Of a DNA stretch of 64,000 bases, positions 17,969 to 27,871 are shown piece after piece. Position numbers and translations under genes: made by a program. The notes beneath the pieces were generated by a model. The model searched no databases. It was not told where the DNA came from and saw only the letters and a list, made by a program, of their open reading frames with translations. Origin of the DNA: a virus (Duplodnaviria > Caudoviricetes); IMG/VR virus record IMGVR_UViG_2758568729_000001, positions 64,001-128,000 of that record. One strand, written 5' to 3'. Positions within the stretch are counted from its first letter, which is position 1; each line of letters opens with the position of its first letter.

Positions 17969-19126
17969 TCAGCGCACCTCCAAACGGTCCATGCGGCGGG
18001 ACAGGTCACGCAGGTACGCGACCCACAGGGGGTCGGCGGACGCGGATTGGGAGCCGACGAGGGCGGTGACGTACTCGCCGGTCTTCGGGGTGGCCTGGTA
18101 GTGGGCGCCCCGGACGATGTCGGCGACCTCGATACCGGAGGCCAGCTCGATCGAGACGATGTCGCCGAGCCCGTAATCGACACCGAACCGCTGCTCGGGG
18201 ATGTCGATGGTCACGGCGGACAGGCGTGCGGTTTCGGCGCCTTCGGCCAACGCTTCGTCGCCGGCCTGCTGTAGTTCGGCGGTGTTGCCCACCGTGTCGT
18301 CGGATTGGCGGCGGTCGACGAACGTCTCAAGCCGGCCCCACAGGGCGACTGCGGCGGTGTTGACTCGCTCGACGATGACCCGGTCGACGCCCTCGTCCTG
18401 GCCGCCGACGATCGCCACCGTGGCGGTGGGGGCTTGCGGTTCGTACCGGTACGACCGCAGGTTCGACAGGCCCTGGCTGAACCGCACCACGCCCCGCAGG
18501 TCGCGGGGCCGGTACACCTGAAACTCGATCAGGCGCCCGGGGACCTGCGTGGTGCGGAACCCGAGACCACCGGCCAGAGCCACGGAGCGGAGCGCATCCC
18601 CGAGGGATTCGAACCGGGTGCCGAAGGTGACGTTGGTGCCGACGCCCATGTCCGGGCCGAGGACCAGGCGGGGCAAGCGGCGGGCGGCAAGCGCGGACGG
18701 GCCCGCGTTGAGGTTGACCAAAGCGCGGAGGATGTCTTCGGCGTTTCCGGTGGCGGTCCACCGGGCGTCGGTCTGGGCGGTGACCGGCACCGCCGGTGTG
18801 GGGTACGTGCGGCGGGCCACCAGCCACGCGAGGTCATCGGACCAGGTGATTTGGGTGGTGCCCGGTTCGGAGTTCGGCCCCTCAACGGACCACTCCTCAA
18901 CCCCCGGGACCTCGATCCGGCCGGCGCAGAACACCTTGCCGTCGCGGTACATGACCATGCGGCTGCCGGGGGCGACCTGGTCGGCGGTGACCGCCGTCCG
19001 GGGAAGGCTGACGGTGGCGGTGCCCGGCTCGTTGTACCGCAACGTCACATCGAGGTTGGTCCAGTCGGCGATCGGGTCGCCGACCGGCACCAGGTTCGCA
19101 TCGGTGGTGATGAGGGTGACGTCCAC
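17969..19126 (-). CDS. siphovirus Gp37-like minor tail protein (hub)
   Basis: Position after Dit; GGQDEG..R, ETFVDRR and DYGLGDIV motifs. Confidence 0.8.
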   Translation of the reverse strand: MDVTLITTDANLVPVGDPIADWTNLDVTLRYNEPGTATVSLPRTAVTADQVAPGSRMVMYRDGKVFCAGRIEVPGVEEWSVEGPNSEPGTTQITWSDDLAWLVARRTYPTPAVPVTAQTDARWTATGNAEDILRALVNLNAGPSALAARRLPRLVLGPDMGVGTNVTFGTRFESLGDALRSVALAGGLGFRTTQVPGRLIEFQVYRPRDLRGVVRFSQGLSNLRSYRYEPQAPTATVAIVGGQDEGVDRVIVERVNTAAVALWGRLETFVDRRQSDDTVGNTAELQQAGDEALAEGAETARLSAVTIDIPEQRFGVDYGLGDIVSIELASGIEVADIVRGAHYQATPKTGEYVTALVGSQSASADPLWVAYLRDLSRRMDRLEVR

Positions 19127-19144
19127 ACGTCACCGCCCACCGCG

Positions 19145-20089
19145 TTACTCGGTTTCGTACCGGGCACGGAACGACAAGCTGATCCGTGTGCCGACGTTCG
19201 CGCCGGCCACCTCGAAACGCACCGAGTTCGTGCCCGGCGCCAGCGGCCACAGCCGCGCCCCGGTCCAGTCGAGTGCGCCGGTCCACACCTGCCCGGCCGG
19301 GCCGCGCAACCTCGGCGGGAACGTGGTGATGGTGACCGTCTCCCCGGCGGCGAGCGGCCCATCGCCGTTCCAGTCCGGGTTCAGGGTGAACGACAACCCT
19401 GTGGTGAGGTTCGTGGCGACGATGCTGGAGGCGGGCCCGTCGATCTCCCATTCCGGCCACGCCTCTACCTCGCCGGGGTTGTCGATTGTGGTGTCGCCGA
19501 GGACCCGCGACGAGCTGATCGACGGGTACGGGGCGAGGTACGGGGACCCGCCGACGGCGAATTCCCGCTCCACCACGGTCGGTTCGGGGTCCCGCCAGTG
19601 CGGGTCAGCGCAGTACAGGGCGAGGACCGCGATGTTGCTGTTTCGGCCGTGGCCCGGGGCTACCTTCAACCCTGCGGTGCAGACGACCTCGATCTCCCGG
19701 ACGGTGCCTTCGGGCTGTGCGATCTGAAGGAGGCCCGGCCCCCTCGTGCGGGTCATCGCGAGGACCCGCACGAGGCTTTGCCACAGGTTGTTGTAGTCCC
19801 GGTGGGTGTGGGCGTACACGGCGAGCGGCCAGTTGATGATCCGCTCACTTTTGAAGAAGTGGCGGATGGTGGTGCCACCCCACGGGTGCGGGTCGGCGGT
19901 CAGTTCGCCCTCGGTCGCACCCAGCCCGGTGACGTCGTTGAGGGTGCAGTAGCCGCGGTCCGGCTCATCCAACGGCCACACCGACCCGTCCGGGGCGATG
20001 TACGTTGCACGAGCCCGCCCAACATCAACGCCGGCTTGGTACAGCCGTGGTGGTGATGGTGGGCGGGCGGTACCGATGAGGACTGGCAT
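19145..20089 (-). CDS. distal tail protein (Dit)
   Basis: Directly after the tape measure gene; DPHW, NPGEVEAWP and LAPGTN motifs. Confidence 0.8.
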   Translation of the reverse strand: MPVLIGTARPPSPPRLYQAGVDVGRARATYIAPDGSVWPLDEPDRGYCTLNDVTGLGATEGELTADPHPWGGTTIRHFFKSERIINWPLAVYAHTHRDYNNLWQSLVRVLAMTRTRGPGLLQIAQPEGTVREIEVVCTAGLKVAPGHGRNSNIAVLALYCADPHWRDPEPTVVEREFAVGGSPYLAPYPSISSSRVLGDTTIDNPGEVEAWPEWEIDGPASSIVATNLTTGLSFTLNPDWNGDGPLAAGETVTITTFPPRLRGPAGQVWTGALDWTGARLWPLAPGTNSVRFEVAGANVGTRISLSFRARYETE

Positions 20090-20092
20090 GGG

Positions 20093-23000
20093 CTACCTGG
20101 CCCTCCCGAGTCGCGCTTCGATCGCCTGCCGCTGCTGTAGCGCCGCGAGCTGCGCCAACGTCGCCTCGGAGTTGATCAACGTGGCTTCGAAGTGGTCCCC
20201 TCCCCGGACCGGTGCCGGGGCGGGGGTGAGCCCACCGACCCCGTCGACCGGAAACTGCACGGCGGCGGCAAGCCGGCCGGCGGCGGCAGCAACGAGCGGG
20301 GTGCGCTCGTCCATACCCCCGGCCAGGAGTTGGGCGATCGACCGGCCGCTGTACCGGGGGTTGCCCTTCCCCGACAGTGGGCCTTCCTTGGCGGGCGAGA
20401 AGGGGAGGAACCCACGGATCTTCGACGCGACCCCGGCCATGGTGCTGCCGAGGTCACCGAGTTTGTCCCGGATGCCCTGAATCAGGCCGCTGATCAGGTT
20501 CCGGCCGGCGTCTCGCAGCAAGTTCCCGAAGCCGTCGACCGCGTTCCGGATCGTTTCGCCGGCCCGCTGGAACTCGCGGATCGTGGCGCCGATGCCGTCT
20601 TTCACAGCCCGCCCGAACGCGGTGGTCGCTGCCGCGGCTACCTGGATGATCGCAACAGCGCCGGCAACAGCGTTGCGGATCAGCATGAGGGCCACGGTCG
20701 CCCCACCGACGATCGTGGAGAGGATCGCCATCGCGGCCTTGAGGGATCCCGACTGGACGGCCAGGGTGATGAGCTGACCGGCCAGTTGCATCATCACCGG
20801 CAGCAGCGGCAGGACGGCGATCATGAGTTGGCTGAACGCCATCATGAGCTGCAACCCGGAGGCAATGAGGTCCGGCAGCAGCGGCATCAGGGCGGTCAAG
20901 GCAACCATGAGGTTGGCGCTGAACGCCTGAGCCACGGCAATGATCACCGGCACCAACTGGGCCGCCATGCTCGCGAATAGCGGCATGTGCGCCAGGAGTT
21001 GCTGGGCGATGGTTGTGGCGACACCGACCAAGGCGGGCAGCAGCGGGGCGAGTGCCTGAGCCAGTCCCATGACGGCCTGCGCGACGAGCGGCAGGATCCG
21101 CACACCCCAGGCGGCGAAGTTTGTGGCGAGTTGCACCCCGATCGGCAGCAGGGTTTCCGCGAGCGCCACGAACTGCGGTAGGGCGGCCAGGAGACGCCCT
21201 GCCAGCACCTCGGCGACGGAAACCAGCGCCGGGACGAGCGGGGCGAGCGCGGCAGCGAACGCGGCGCCGGCCCGCGCCGCGAGCGGCAGGACTGTGGCCG
21301 CGAGTTGGGTGAGGACGGGCAGGAACACCTGGAGTGCGCTGACGAGACCGCCGGTCAGGAGCGAGATGACGGGTCCGAGTTCGGTCGCCAACGCCGTCAA
21401 CGCGGTAGCGACAAACGTCAATGCGGCGGCGAGTCCGTTGCCCAGCACCGGAAGCAGCGGGGCCACCGCAGCCAGCAGGGAACCGAGCGCGTTACCGACT
21501 AGCGGGGCGACGGCCGCCAACGGCCGCAACCCGTCCGCCAACGCGGACAGGAACACGGTCACCCCGGGCGCCAACCGGGTAACCAACTCGGCGACGATGA
21601 CCGCGATCTGACCCAACACCGGGGCCGCAGCCGCGGCGACGCTCCCCAGTGCCTTGCCGACCTGCGACGCGACCGACGCGACCGACCCGAACCCGGATCC
21701 CGGGCCAAACGCCGACCCGAACCCGGACCCGGCAACTGTGGCAACCTGGCCGAGCCCGCTCAAAGCCGAGCTGATCGACTCGACGGCCGCCACCAGACCA
21801 GGCGACAGCCCGGCAAGGAGCTGCCCGAACACCTGCGCGAGCGGCTGAATTGCTGCCGCGACGGCGGTCAGGACCGGCGCCAGCGAAGACACAGCGGGGG
21901 ACAGGGATGCGATCCCGACCGCCAGGGCTTCCACGAGTTGTGTCAGGCCGGGTGAAAACGCCTGGGCCACGTCGGCGACCGCCGACGCGAGTGGGCTCAA
22001 CGCCAAGAACAGGGCGGTCGCGGCCGGGGCCAGGGAGTTCGCCGTGCTGGTCAGCTCGGAGAAGAAGTGGGTCAGGTTTTGCTGACCCTCAACCGAGTTG
22101 ATCGCCTCGTTGATCCGCCGGAACAGGCCAAACACGCCCTCGCCGGCCTCCCCGGCAGCCTTGCTGATGCCCGAGAAGATCCCGAAGATGTCGCGGGCCA
22201 GCTTGAGGAGTTCGCCTGCGGCGTTGAGCCCGTCGAAGAACATGCGCTGCAACTCGCCGGAGTTCGCCATGGCGGAGATGCGGGTGGCGAGGTCGGTGAC
22301 GGCAGCGCCGAGGCCGACGGTGAACACGGCGACGGCTTGGGAGCCGGCCCGGACCACGTCGAGGAGTGCCTGCGCGACGGGGCGCAGGGCCCGCCCGAGT
22401 TCGCCGACCACACTGTTCGCGGCGGAGAACGTCTGGGCGATGTTGTTGCGGTTGGCTTCGGTGTTCAGACCGCGTAGGGCGGTGACGACGGCCCGGTTGA
22501 TGGTGTCGGCGAGCCGGGTCATGCCGGTGGCGAGGACGGGAAGCCCGGTCTTCGCCAAGTCGCGCAGGGTGCGGGCGGTGTCGGCGAACAGCTCGTTCTG
22601 AATCTTGAGCCGGAGCTTGTCGAACGCAGGCTTGATCTTGTTGACCTCTTTGACGAACGCAGCCGCGTTCGGGGCCAACTCCTTCAGCGCCTCCGCCAGG
22701 GCCTTCGCGTCGCCCTCACCGACGGCCTTGAACGCCTCACCCAGGCCCACCGTGCCGAGACGGATCGTGCCGATCGCGGCGGCGGCGATCGCCACAGCAC
22801 CGGGGATCGCAACCAGCGCCCCGGCCGCGGTGACAACGGTGGCGCCAAGTTGCACCAGGGCGGGGATCGCGGCCACGGCGGCACCGGCCAGTCCGAACAG
22901 GGCGGACGCGGCAATGGCGGCCCCGGCGGTGATCGCAGCGGTTTTCAACGCGGCGGCGACCCCGCCGGTGAACAGGTCGGTGATCTGCCTGGTGACGTTG

Positions 23001-23599
23001 GCGATCGCGCGCCGGTCGACGGTGAGCGGCACCCGCAGGGTCGGCATGGACTTCTGCGCCTTCGTGACAGCGGCGCGGGTCTGCTTCCGAACGTTCTTGT
23101 CATCGATCTTGACGGGGATGGTGGCCTGAACCCGCCGCTGCACCTGCTCGACCAAGGCCCGAAGCTCGGCCTCGTACTTGGCCCGCTTGGCCGGCTCGGT
23201 CGGCACGGTGACCTTGACCCGGCGTTGCAGGTCGGCGAGCTGCGCACCCAACTCGGCGCGAAGGCGCCCGGTTTCGGCGGTGACCGGGATCTTCGTTTCG
23301 ACCTGGCGGGCGATCCGGGCGGTGTCCGCCTTGACCTTGTCCAAAAAGGCGCGGGTCATCGGGTCGAGCTGCACCCGCGCCCGAGGCGGGTTCTTGGTGG
23401 GGATCTCGCTGGGCAGGTCGGACGGGTCGATGTCCGGCCGGATCTTGACCTTCACACCGCTGAGGGCGTCGCCGATCTCCTTGTCCAAGCCGGCCTTCTT
23501 GAAGGCGGCGACGACCTCTTTGCGGAGCCGGGCGGCGAACCCCTTAGCGGATGCGTTGACTTCGACCGTGACGCTTCCTACAAGGATCGGGGATGTCAT
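20093..23599 (-). CDS. tape measure protein
   Basis: 1168 aa, Ala/Leu-rich amphipathic repeats, C-terminal LPFSPAKEGPL motif. Confidence 0.9.
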   Translation of the reverse strand: MTSPILVGSVTVEVNASAKGFAARLRKEVVAAFKKAGLDKEIGDALSGVKVKIRPDIDPSDLPSEIPTKNPPRARVQLDPMTRAFLDKVKADTARIARQVETKIPVTAETGRLRAELGAQLADLQRRVKVTVPTEPAKRAKYEAELRALVEQVQRRVQATIPVKIDDKNVRKQTRAAVTKAQKSMPTLRVPLTVDRRAIANVTRQITDLFTGGVAAALKTAAITAGAAIAASALFGLAGAAVAAIPALVQLGATVVTAAGALVAIPGAVAIAAAAIGTIRLGTVGLGEAFKAVGEGDAKALAEALKELAPNAAAFVKEVNKIKPAFDKLRLKIQNELFADTARTLRDLAKTGLPVLATGMTRLADTINRAVVTALRGLNTEANRNNIAQTFSAANSVVGELGRALRPVAQALLDVVRAGSQAVAVFTVGLGAAVTDLATRISAMANSGELQRMFFDGLNAAGELLKLARDIFGIFSGISKAAGEAGEGVFGLFRRINEAINSVEGQQNLTHFFSELTSTANSLAPAATALFLALSPLASAVADVAQAFSPGLTQLVEALAVGIASLSPAVSSLAPVLTAVAAAIQPLAQVFGQLLAGLSPGLVAAVESISSALSGLGQVATVAGSGFGSAFGPGSGFGSVASVASQVGKALGSVAAAAAPVLGQIAVIVAELVTRLAPGVTVFLSALADGLRPLAAVAPLVGNALGSLLAAVAPLLPVLGNGLAAALTFVATALTALATELGPVISLLTGGLVSALQVFLPVLTQLAATVLPLAARAGAAFAAALAPLVPALVSVAEVLAGRLLAALPQFVALAETLLPIGVQLATNFAAWGVRILPLVAQAVMGLAQALAPLLPALVGVATTIAQQLLAHMPLFASMAAQLVPVIIAVAQAFSANLMVALTALMPLLPDLIASGLQLMMAFSQLMIAVLPLLPVMMQLAGQLITLAVQSGSLKAAMAILSTIVGGATVALMLIRNAVAGAVAIIQVAAAATTAFGRAVKDGIGATIREFQRAGETIRNAVDGFGNLLRDAGRNLISGLIQGIRDKLGDLGSTMAGVASKIRGFLPFSPAKEGPLSGKGNPRYSGRSIAQLLAGGMDERTPLVAAAAGRLAAAVQFPVDGVGGLTPAPAPVRGGDHFEATLINSEATLAQLAALQQRQAIEARLGRAR

Positions 23600-23621
23600 G
23601 AGACACCCCCGACCGGCCGCG

Positions 23622-24473
23622 CTAGGTTGCTACGTCCTGCTGCGCCAGTCGTTCACGGACTGCGTCAGGGTAGGTCGAGACAATGAAGTCGACCAGATCG
23701 GCAACACGTTGCCCACGAAGATGGGGAGTTACCCACAACTCAAGATTCTCGGGCCTGTTGTCAAGTCGGTCGCCATTCTTGTGATGAACCGATTCGCGTC
23801 GGCTCAGCGACCGACCAAGCACGCTTTCCATGACTAGCCGGTGCTCGCCTACGAGTCGCCCGTTGATCGAGATAACCCGGTAGCCGTTTGGCTTGACGTG
23901 GCCCTTGCTGCCCGCCGACCCGTACAGGGGTCGGAGAGGTTTTCCTTCACGCTGTTGGCTGTCGTGCCCCGAGCACAGGGCACTGCCCTGACTGGTTCCC
24001 TTGGCTGGTCGGTCGCAGCCGTCGAAGCGGCAGGGTGGTCGAGGTCGCGAGGCCCTTCGGCGGTCGACCAAAATGGGCTTGAGGTCTTCGCCGCGAGCGC
24101 GTTGCTTTGCGTGAGTGTCACACAGGCCCCGGTTGCTGATCGCACGGTCGCATCCACTGAATTCACAGGACGGTGACGACCGGCGCTCCCGAACCCTGAG
24201 CGGCTTCAGGACGCCGTTGCGTCGGAGTTGCACTCCGTGTGGAGTGCATAGCCCTCGTGTCGACGCCCTGCGGTCGCAGTCCGCGAAATAGCAGACTTTG
24301 TATTCGCCGAGGTGTCTCGGTACCGCGTGCTTATAGCAGAACGGATGCGATCCACGTGCGACGAGACTACAACCGCCGTGCTGACAACGTGGCCTGCTGT
24401 TGTAGTGCTCAGGGCAGTTCGATGAGCCACGGTACCCACGATTTTCCGAGCACCCGTGTGCGGAGCATTTCAC
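23622..24473 (-). CDS. HNH endonuclease with repeated Zn-binding N-terminal modules
   Basis: Five CxxxxC...CxxH repeats, then EHRLVME...VHHKNGDRLDNRPENLELW. Confidence 0.85.
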   Translation of the reverse strand: MKCSAHGCSENRGYRGSSNCPEHYNSRPRCQHGGCSLVARGSHPFCYKHAVPRHLGEYKVCYFADCDRRASTRGLCTPHGVQLRRNGVLKPLRVRERRSSPSCEFSGCDRAISNRGLCDTHAKQRARGEDLKPILVDRRRASRPRPPCRFDGCDRPAKGTSQGSALCSGHDSQQREGKPLRPLYGSAGSKGHVKPNGYRVISINGRLVGEHRLVMESVLGRSLSRRESVHHKNGDRLDNRPENLELWVTPHLRGQRVADLVDFIVSTYPDAVRERLAQQDVAT

Positions 24474-24568
24474 TTACCAATCATAGCGAGATGCATGACG
24501 TTCACCTATTTGATGCAACGCTGCCGACGAGGATGGGGGAGGTCACGGTTGACCTCCCCCAGCACTCG

Positions 24569-24990
24569 TCAGGTGGCGGGGATCAAACCGAGGTTCGCGA
24601 GCCGGGCGGCGTAGTCGTCGCCGCGCTGCTGCCGGGTTTTCACCGGCCGGTCCGCCGGCTGCTTGGCCGTGTCGGCGCCGACCTTGACCGGCTTCGGCCT
24701 GCTGCCCTTGCCGCCGCCACGCTGCCAGTTCGCGCCGGCGAGCAGGGTGCCGATGTGGGCGAGCAGGTGATCGCCCAAGTCGACGTCAGCGTTGTCGCCA
24801 GCGAGTTCCCGGTACAGGGCCGAGTCACGGCCCAGTCGCCGGATGAGGACCATCAGCTCCCGCGCTGTGTACCGTTCCGACGGGCGACCGTGGAGCGCCT
24901 TTTTGAGCCGGATGTGGTGGAACTGGCTGAGGTCTGACTCAATGGCTCCGCCGTGCTCCCGGAGGAGTTGGTGGAGCCCGAGGATTCCCC
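24569..24990 (-). CDS. tail assembly chaperone, -1 frameshift extension (gpGT part)
   Basis: Overlapping -1 frame (LLREHGGAIESDL...ANWQRGGGKGSRPKP) entered at GGGGGAA. Confidence 0.75.
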
Positions 24991-25329
24991 CAGGTCTTCT
25001 CCGGAGTGCTGCTGCCACTGTTCGAACAGCAGACCGATGGCGGGGCTTGGTTGGTACTGGTCGTCCCACCGGGCGCGCTGCGCCGGGTCGAACCCGTAGG
25101 AGAAGATCTTCCGCAGGATGTCGAGGTCGACGTTGGCGACGTTGTCGGCACCGGTGATCGCGCTGAGTTCGTCCATCAGCCCGGCGGCCCGGTAGTCGAT
25201 CTCGGAGAAGTGCGGCAGTTCCCACTTCACCCCGCCGAAGCGGAACTTGAACGGGCGCTTCCTGACGGCCTGGAACGCGGCGTCGAGGTCGTACACCTCG
25301 TCTTCGTCGTCGTACGGCTGCTCAGACAT
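24853..25329 (-). CDS. tail assembly chaperone (gpG-like)
   Basis: Between major tail and tape measure genes; W...SG.DLGES ending at the slippery site. Confidence 0.8.
   Translation of the reverse strand: MSEQPYDDEDEVYDLDAAFQAVRKRPFKFRFGGVKWELPHFSEIDYRAAGLMDELSAITGADNVANVDLDILRKIFSYGFDPAQRARWDDQYQPSPAIGLLFEQWQQHSGEDLGESSGSTNSSGSTAEPLSQTSASSTTSGSKRRSTVARRNGTQRGS
24985..24991 (-). other. programmed -1 frameshift slippery site GGGGGAA
   Basis: CTG GGG GAA on the minus strand; the -1 frame stays open for about 140 codons. Confidence 0.7.
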
Positions 25330-25591
25330 GCTGCTGCACCTCCTCTTCGGTTTCGGTGGGTTCCTCGGCGCTGATCACGACGTGCCGGGCGAACAGGGTG
25401 AGGGTCACCAGCACCTCATCGCGGTTGACCAGCTCGATCCCGTGGACCTTGACCGGGTGGCCTTCGGGGACCAGCAGGGGCTGACCGTTGATCCGGACCT
25501 CGTTCGGGACGATGACGTCCCCGGCCGGTGTGTCCATCGGCTCGCGCCGCTTCTCGACGATCTCGATGACCGCCCCGCGTGGTTCAGCCAC
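25322..25591 (-). CDS. hypothetical protein
   Basis: Coupled ORF, EVRINGQPL motif. Confidence 0.6.
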   Translation of the reverse strand: MAEPRGAVIEIVEKRREPMDTPAGDVIVPNEVRINGQPLLVPEGHPVKVHGIELVNRDEVLVTLTLFARHVVISAEEPTETEEEVQQHV

Positions 25592-25988
25592 CGACGACCT
25601 CCGGGGTCCAGCCGGGGATGCTCTCCCGGGGATCCCGCTGGGCAGGGTTGCCCCACGACCGGGAGGCCCGCCCTTCCGGGGTAGTCACGGGCGCGGCCCG
25701 CCCGATCGACACCTGGTCGGCGTCCACGGTGAAGACGACGACGGTGCCGGTCGGGCTGTGGCCGATCTCGTAGCCGCGCACCACCGCCGGGATCAGGACC
25801 CCGTTGACGCGGACGTCGAAGGTCGGCGGGCCGGGCAGTTCGGCCTTAGGTTCGGCCTTCGGTTCGGCGTCGGCGGGCAGGTGGCCGAGGCCGGCGAGCT
25901 TCTGGGTGTAGTCGGCGTTCCGGCGGGCGGCGCGTTCGGTGATGACCACCGACACCTGTCCACCGGATCCGCCTGCGGTCATGGGCAT
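25584..25988 (-). CDS. hypothetical protein
   Basis: RBS AAGGAG; DVRVNGVLI motif. Confidence 0.55.
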   Translation of the reverse strand: MPMTAGGSGGQVSVVITERAARRNADYTQKLAGLGHLPADAEPKAEPKAELPGPPTFDVRVNGVLIPAVVRGYEIGHSPTGTVVVFTVDADQVSIGRAAPVTTPEGRASRSWGNPAQRDPRESIPGWTPEVVGG

Positions 25989-26088
25989 GCGGGTCTCCTT
26001 CGTGCGGGTCTTGTGCGGGTTCGGGTGGTGAGGTTGGGGACGCTGGCCGGCGACCCGCACGGACTCCGGCCAGCGCCGTACAGGGGGT

Positions 26089-26649
26089 CTACGAGGAGAG
26101 CGCGTCGTCCACGTAGTACCGGTAGGCGACGACGCCGGACTGATCCACGTAGCAGGACAAGGTCCACTCGTAGACGGTGATCTCGGAGTTGGACCAGACG
26201 ACGTCGCCGCGCTCGGTGACCTCGCCGAGGGGGACGACGATCCGCAGGCCACGGGTGCCGTCGATACCGTGGAGCACCCAGGACCGGATGTCCGTGACGG
26301 GGGCGACCTCTTCGACGGTGACCCCGGTCGCGGTCTGGGTGATCGTCGAGCCGGGGAACTGGACACCGATCGTGGTCAGGTTGGTCTCGGCGGCGGCGAA
26401 GGTGAAGGTCTTGACGAACTGGCCGGGGATCCGGCGGGCCAGGGTCGAGCCCTGCCAGATGAACAGGTCGGTGCGGTCCTGGGAGGTGGCTTCGGTGACG
26501 CCGTCCTCGCTGATGGCACCGACCTCGGCGAGGTCGCCGGACAGGGCGGCCACACCATCGGTCGGCAGGGTGGGGTTCGAGTCGCCGAACGCGGAGACGG
26601 CGACGAGCCCGTTGTTGTAGGCACGGATGAGAGAGACGTCGACCGCCAT
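26089..26649 (-). CDS. major tail (tail tube) protein
   Basis: LPT...L...EVGAISEDGV, WQG and G.V.ERGD motifs typical of actinophage tail tubes. Confidence 0.85.
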   Translation of the reverse strand: MAVDVSLIRAYNNGLVAVSAFGDSNPTLPTDGVAALSGDLAEVGAISEDGVTEATSQDRTDLFIWQGSTLARRIPGQFVKTFTFAAAETNLTTIGVQFPGSTITQTATGVTVEEVAPVTDIRSWVLHGIDGTRGLRIVVPLGEVTERGDVVWSNSEITVYEWTLSCYVDQSGVVAYRYYVDDALSS

Positions 26650-26731
26650 CGGTCAGCTCCTTCGGGCATGGGGACGGCCCGGCGGTCGCGCCGGGTGAGG
26701 GAAAAGGGGTGTGCGGGTCCCTTGTGGCCGA

Positions 26732-27067
26732 TCAGGGCAGCCGGTAGGCCGAGAGCTTGAGGTCCGCGTGGTCGACGTCGACCTGCATCTGAGCCCCGTA
26801 CGTGGCCTGGTCGAACGGGCCGATGTACCGGGACGCGGCGGCGGGGATCTCGTAGGTGCGCGGGGTGACGGCTTGGCCGTCCACGTCGCGGGCGAACCGA
26901 ACGGTGACGGTTCGGGCGGTCGCGGCGCCGTTGCTGTTACGAACCAGCAAGATCACCTTGCCGTTGTTGGCGACCACGTGGTTGTCGGTGGCGTTGCCGT
27001 TGGTCTCGGCCGCCGGTGCGATACCGGCGCGGGTGACCTCGGTGACAGGAATGGAGACGCGGGGCAT
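26732..27067 (-). CDS. small virion structural protein
   Basis: Beta-rich ORF in the neck/tail region (YIGPF..ATY). Confidence 0.6.
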   Translation of the reverse strand: MPRVSIPVTEVTRAGIAPAAETNGNATDNHVVANNGKVILLVRNSNGAATARTVTVRFARDVDGQAVTPRTYEIPAAASRYIGPFDQATYGAQMQVDVDHADLKLSAYRLP

Positions 27068-27132
27068 GGGGTCCTCCGGGCATGCGGAAACGGCCGAGCC
27101 CGGAGCCGGGTCGGCGCAGGTTGGTACAGGGG

Positions 27133-27528
27133 TCAGATGAGGCCGTGCAGGGCGACCCGGTAGGTCGCGTCCCGGCGGAACACGGCCGGGTCAGGTGCCC
27201 AGGTGGGCGACATGGCGGTGGTCACCGACTTGATGACCACCCCGCCGAGGACGGTGTTCGGCAGCCGCAGCCGCAGGGCGGCCCGGATACCGGTGGACAC
27301 CGCCCGGACACGATCGGCGTCGGCCCCGTAGACGTTGACGTCGAGCAGGGCGATGTCGAGAGTGAGTTGCTGGTCGCCGTCGTCGCCGCCCCGTTGCACG
27401 TGGGCGATCGGGGCGGTGTAGTCGTACCCGGGCGGCAACCGGGGATCAGCCCACGCCTTGACCCCGAGGGTGGACACCAACCAGTCGGCGATCAGGGTCT
27501 CCGGGTCCGCGTACGTCGGTTGCGCCAC
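27133..27528 (-). CDS. tail terminator
   Basis: Size, position, VQRGG and LDVNVY motifs. Confidence 0.7.
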   Translation of the reverse strand: MAQPTYADPETLIADWLVSTLGVKAWADPRLPPGYDYTAPIAHVQRGGDDGDQQLTLDIALLDVNVYGADADRVRAVSTGIRAALRLRLPNTVLGGVVIKSVTTAMSPTWAPDPAVFRRDATYRVALHGLI

Positions 27529-27531
27529 GAG

Positions 27532-27861
27532 TCACCCCCGGGCGGTCGCAGCACGCAGGGCGTCGCGCATGATGTGCTGCGCCGGGGCACCGAGGCTGTT
27601 GCCGCGCTCCACCCAGTAGCCGTGGGGGGCGAGGTTCGTGACCCGGGCGCCGGCGCCCGTCCGGGACCGGTGCGGGGTGACGTCGAACCCACCCGGCTCG
27701 ATGGTCCCGTACGCGTACTGGCCGGTGACGACCGGCGGGTTCATCTCGGCCGCGATCCGGACCAGCTCGGCGCGGCGCACCATCTCGTCCTGCATGAAGT
27801 CGGCCCGGACCATCCGGTTGACCCCGACCCGGCTGACTTTGACCTTCACCTTGACCGTCAC
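27532..27861 (-). CDS. HK97 gp10-like tail completion/neck protein
   Basis: PVVTGQY, WVERG and HIMRDAL motifs. Confidence 0.7.
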   Translation of the reverse strand: MTVKVKVKVSRVGVNRMVRADFMQDEMVRRAELVRIAAEMNPPVVTGQYAYGTIEPGGFDVTPHRSRTGAGARVTNLAPHGYWVERGNSLGAPAQHIMRDALRAATARG

Positions 27862-27871
27862 GGCAGCCCCC

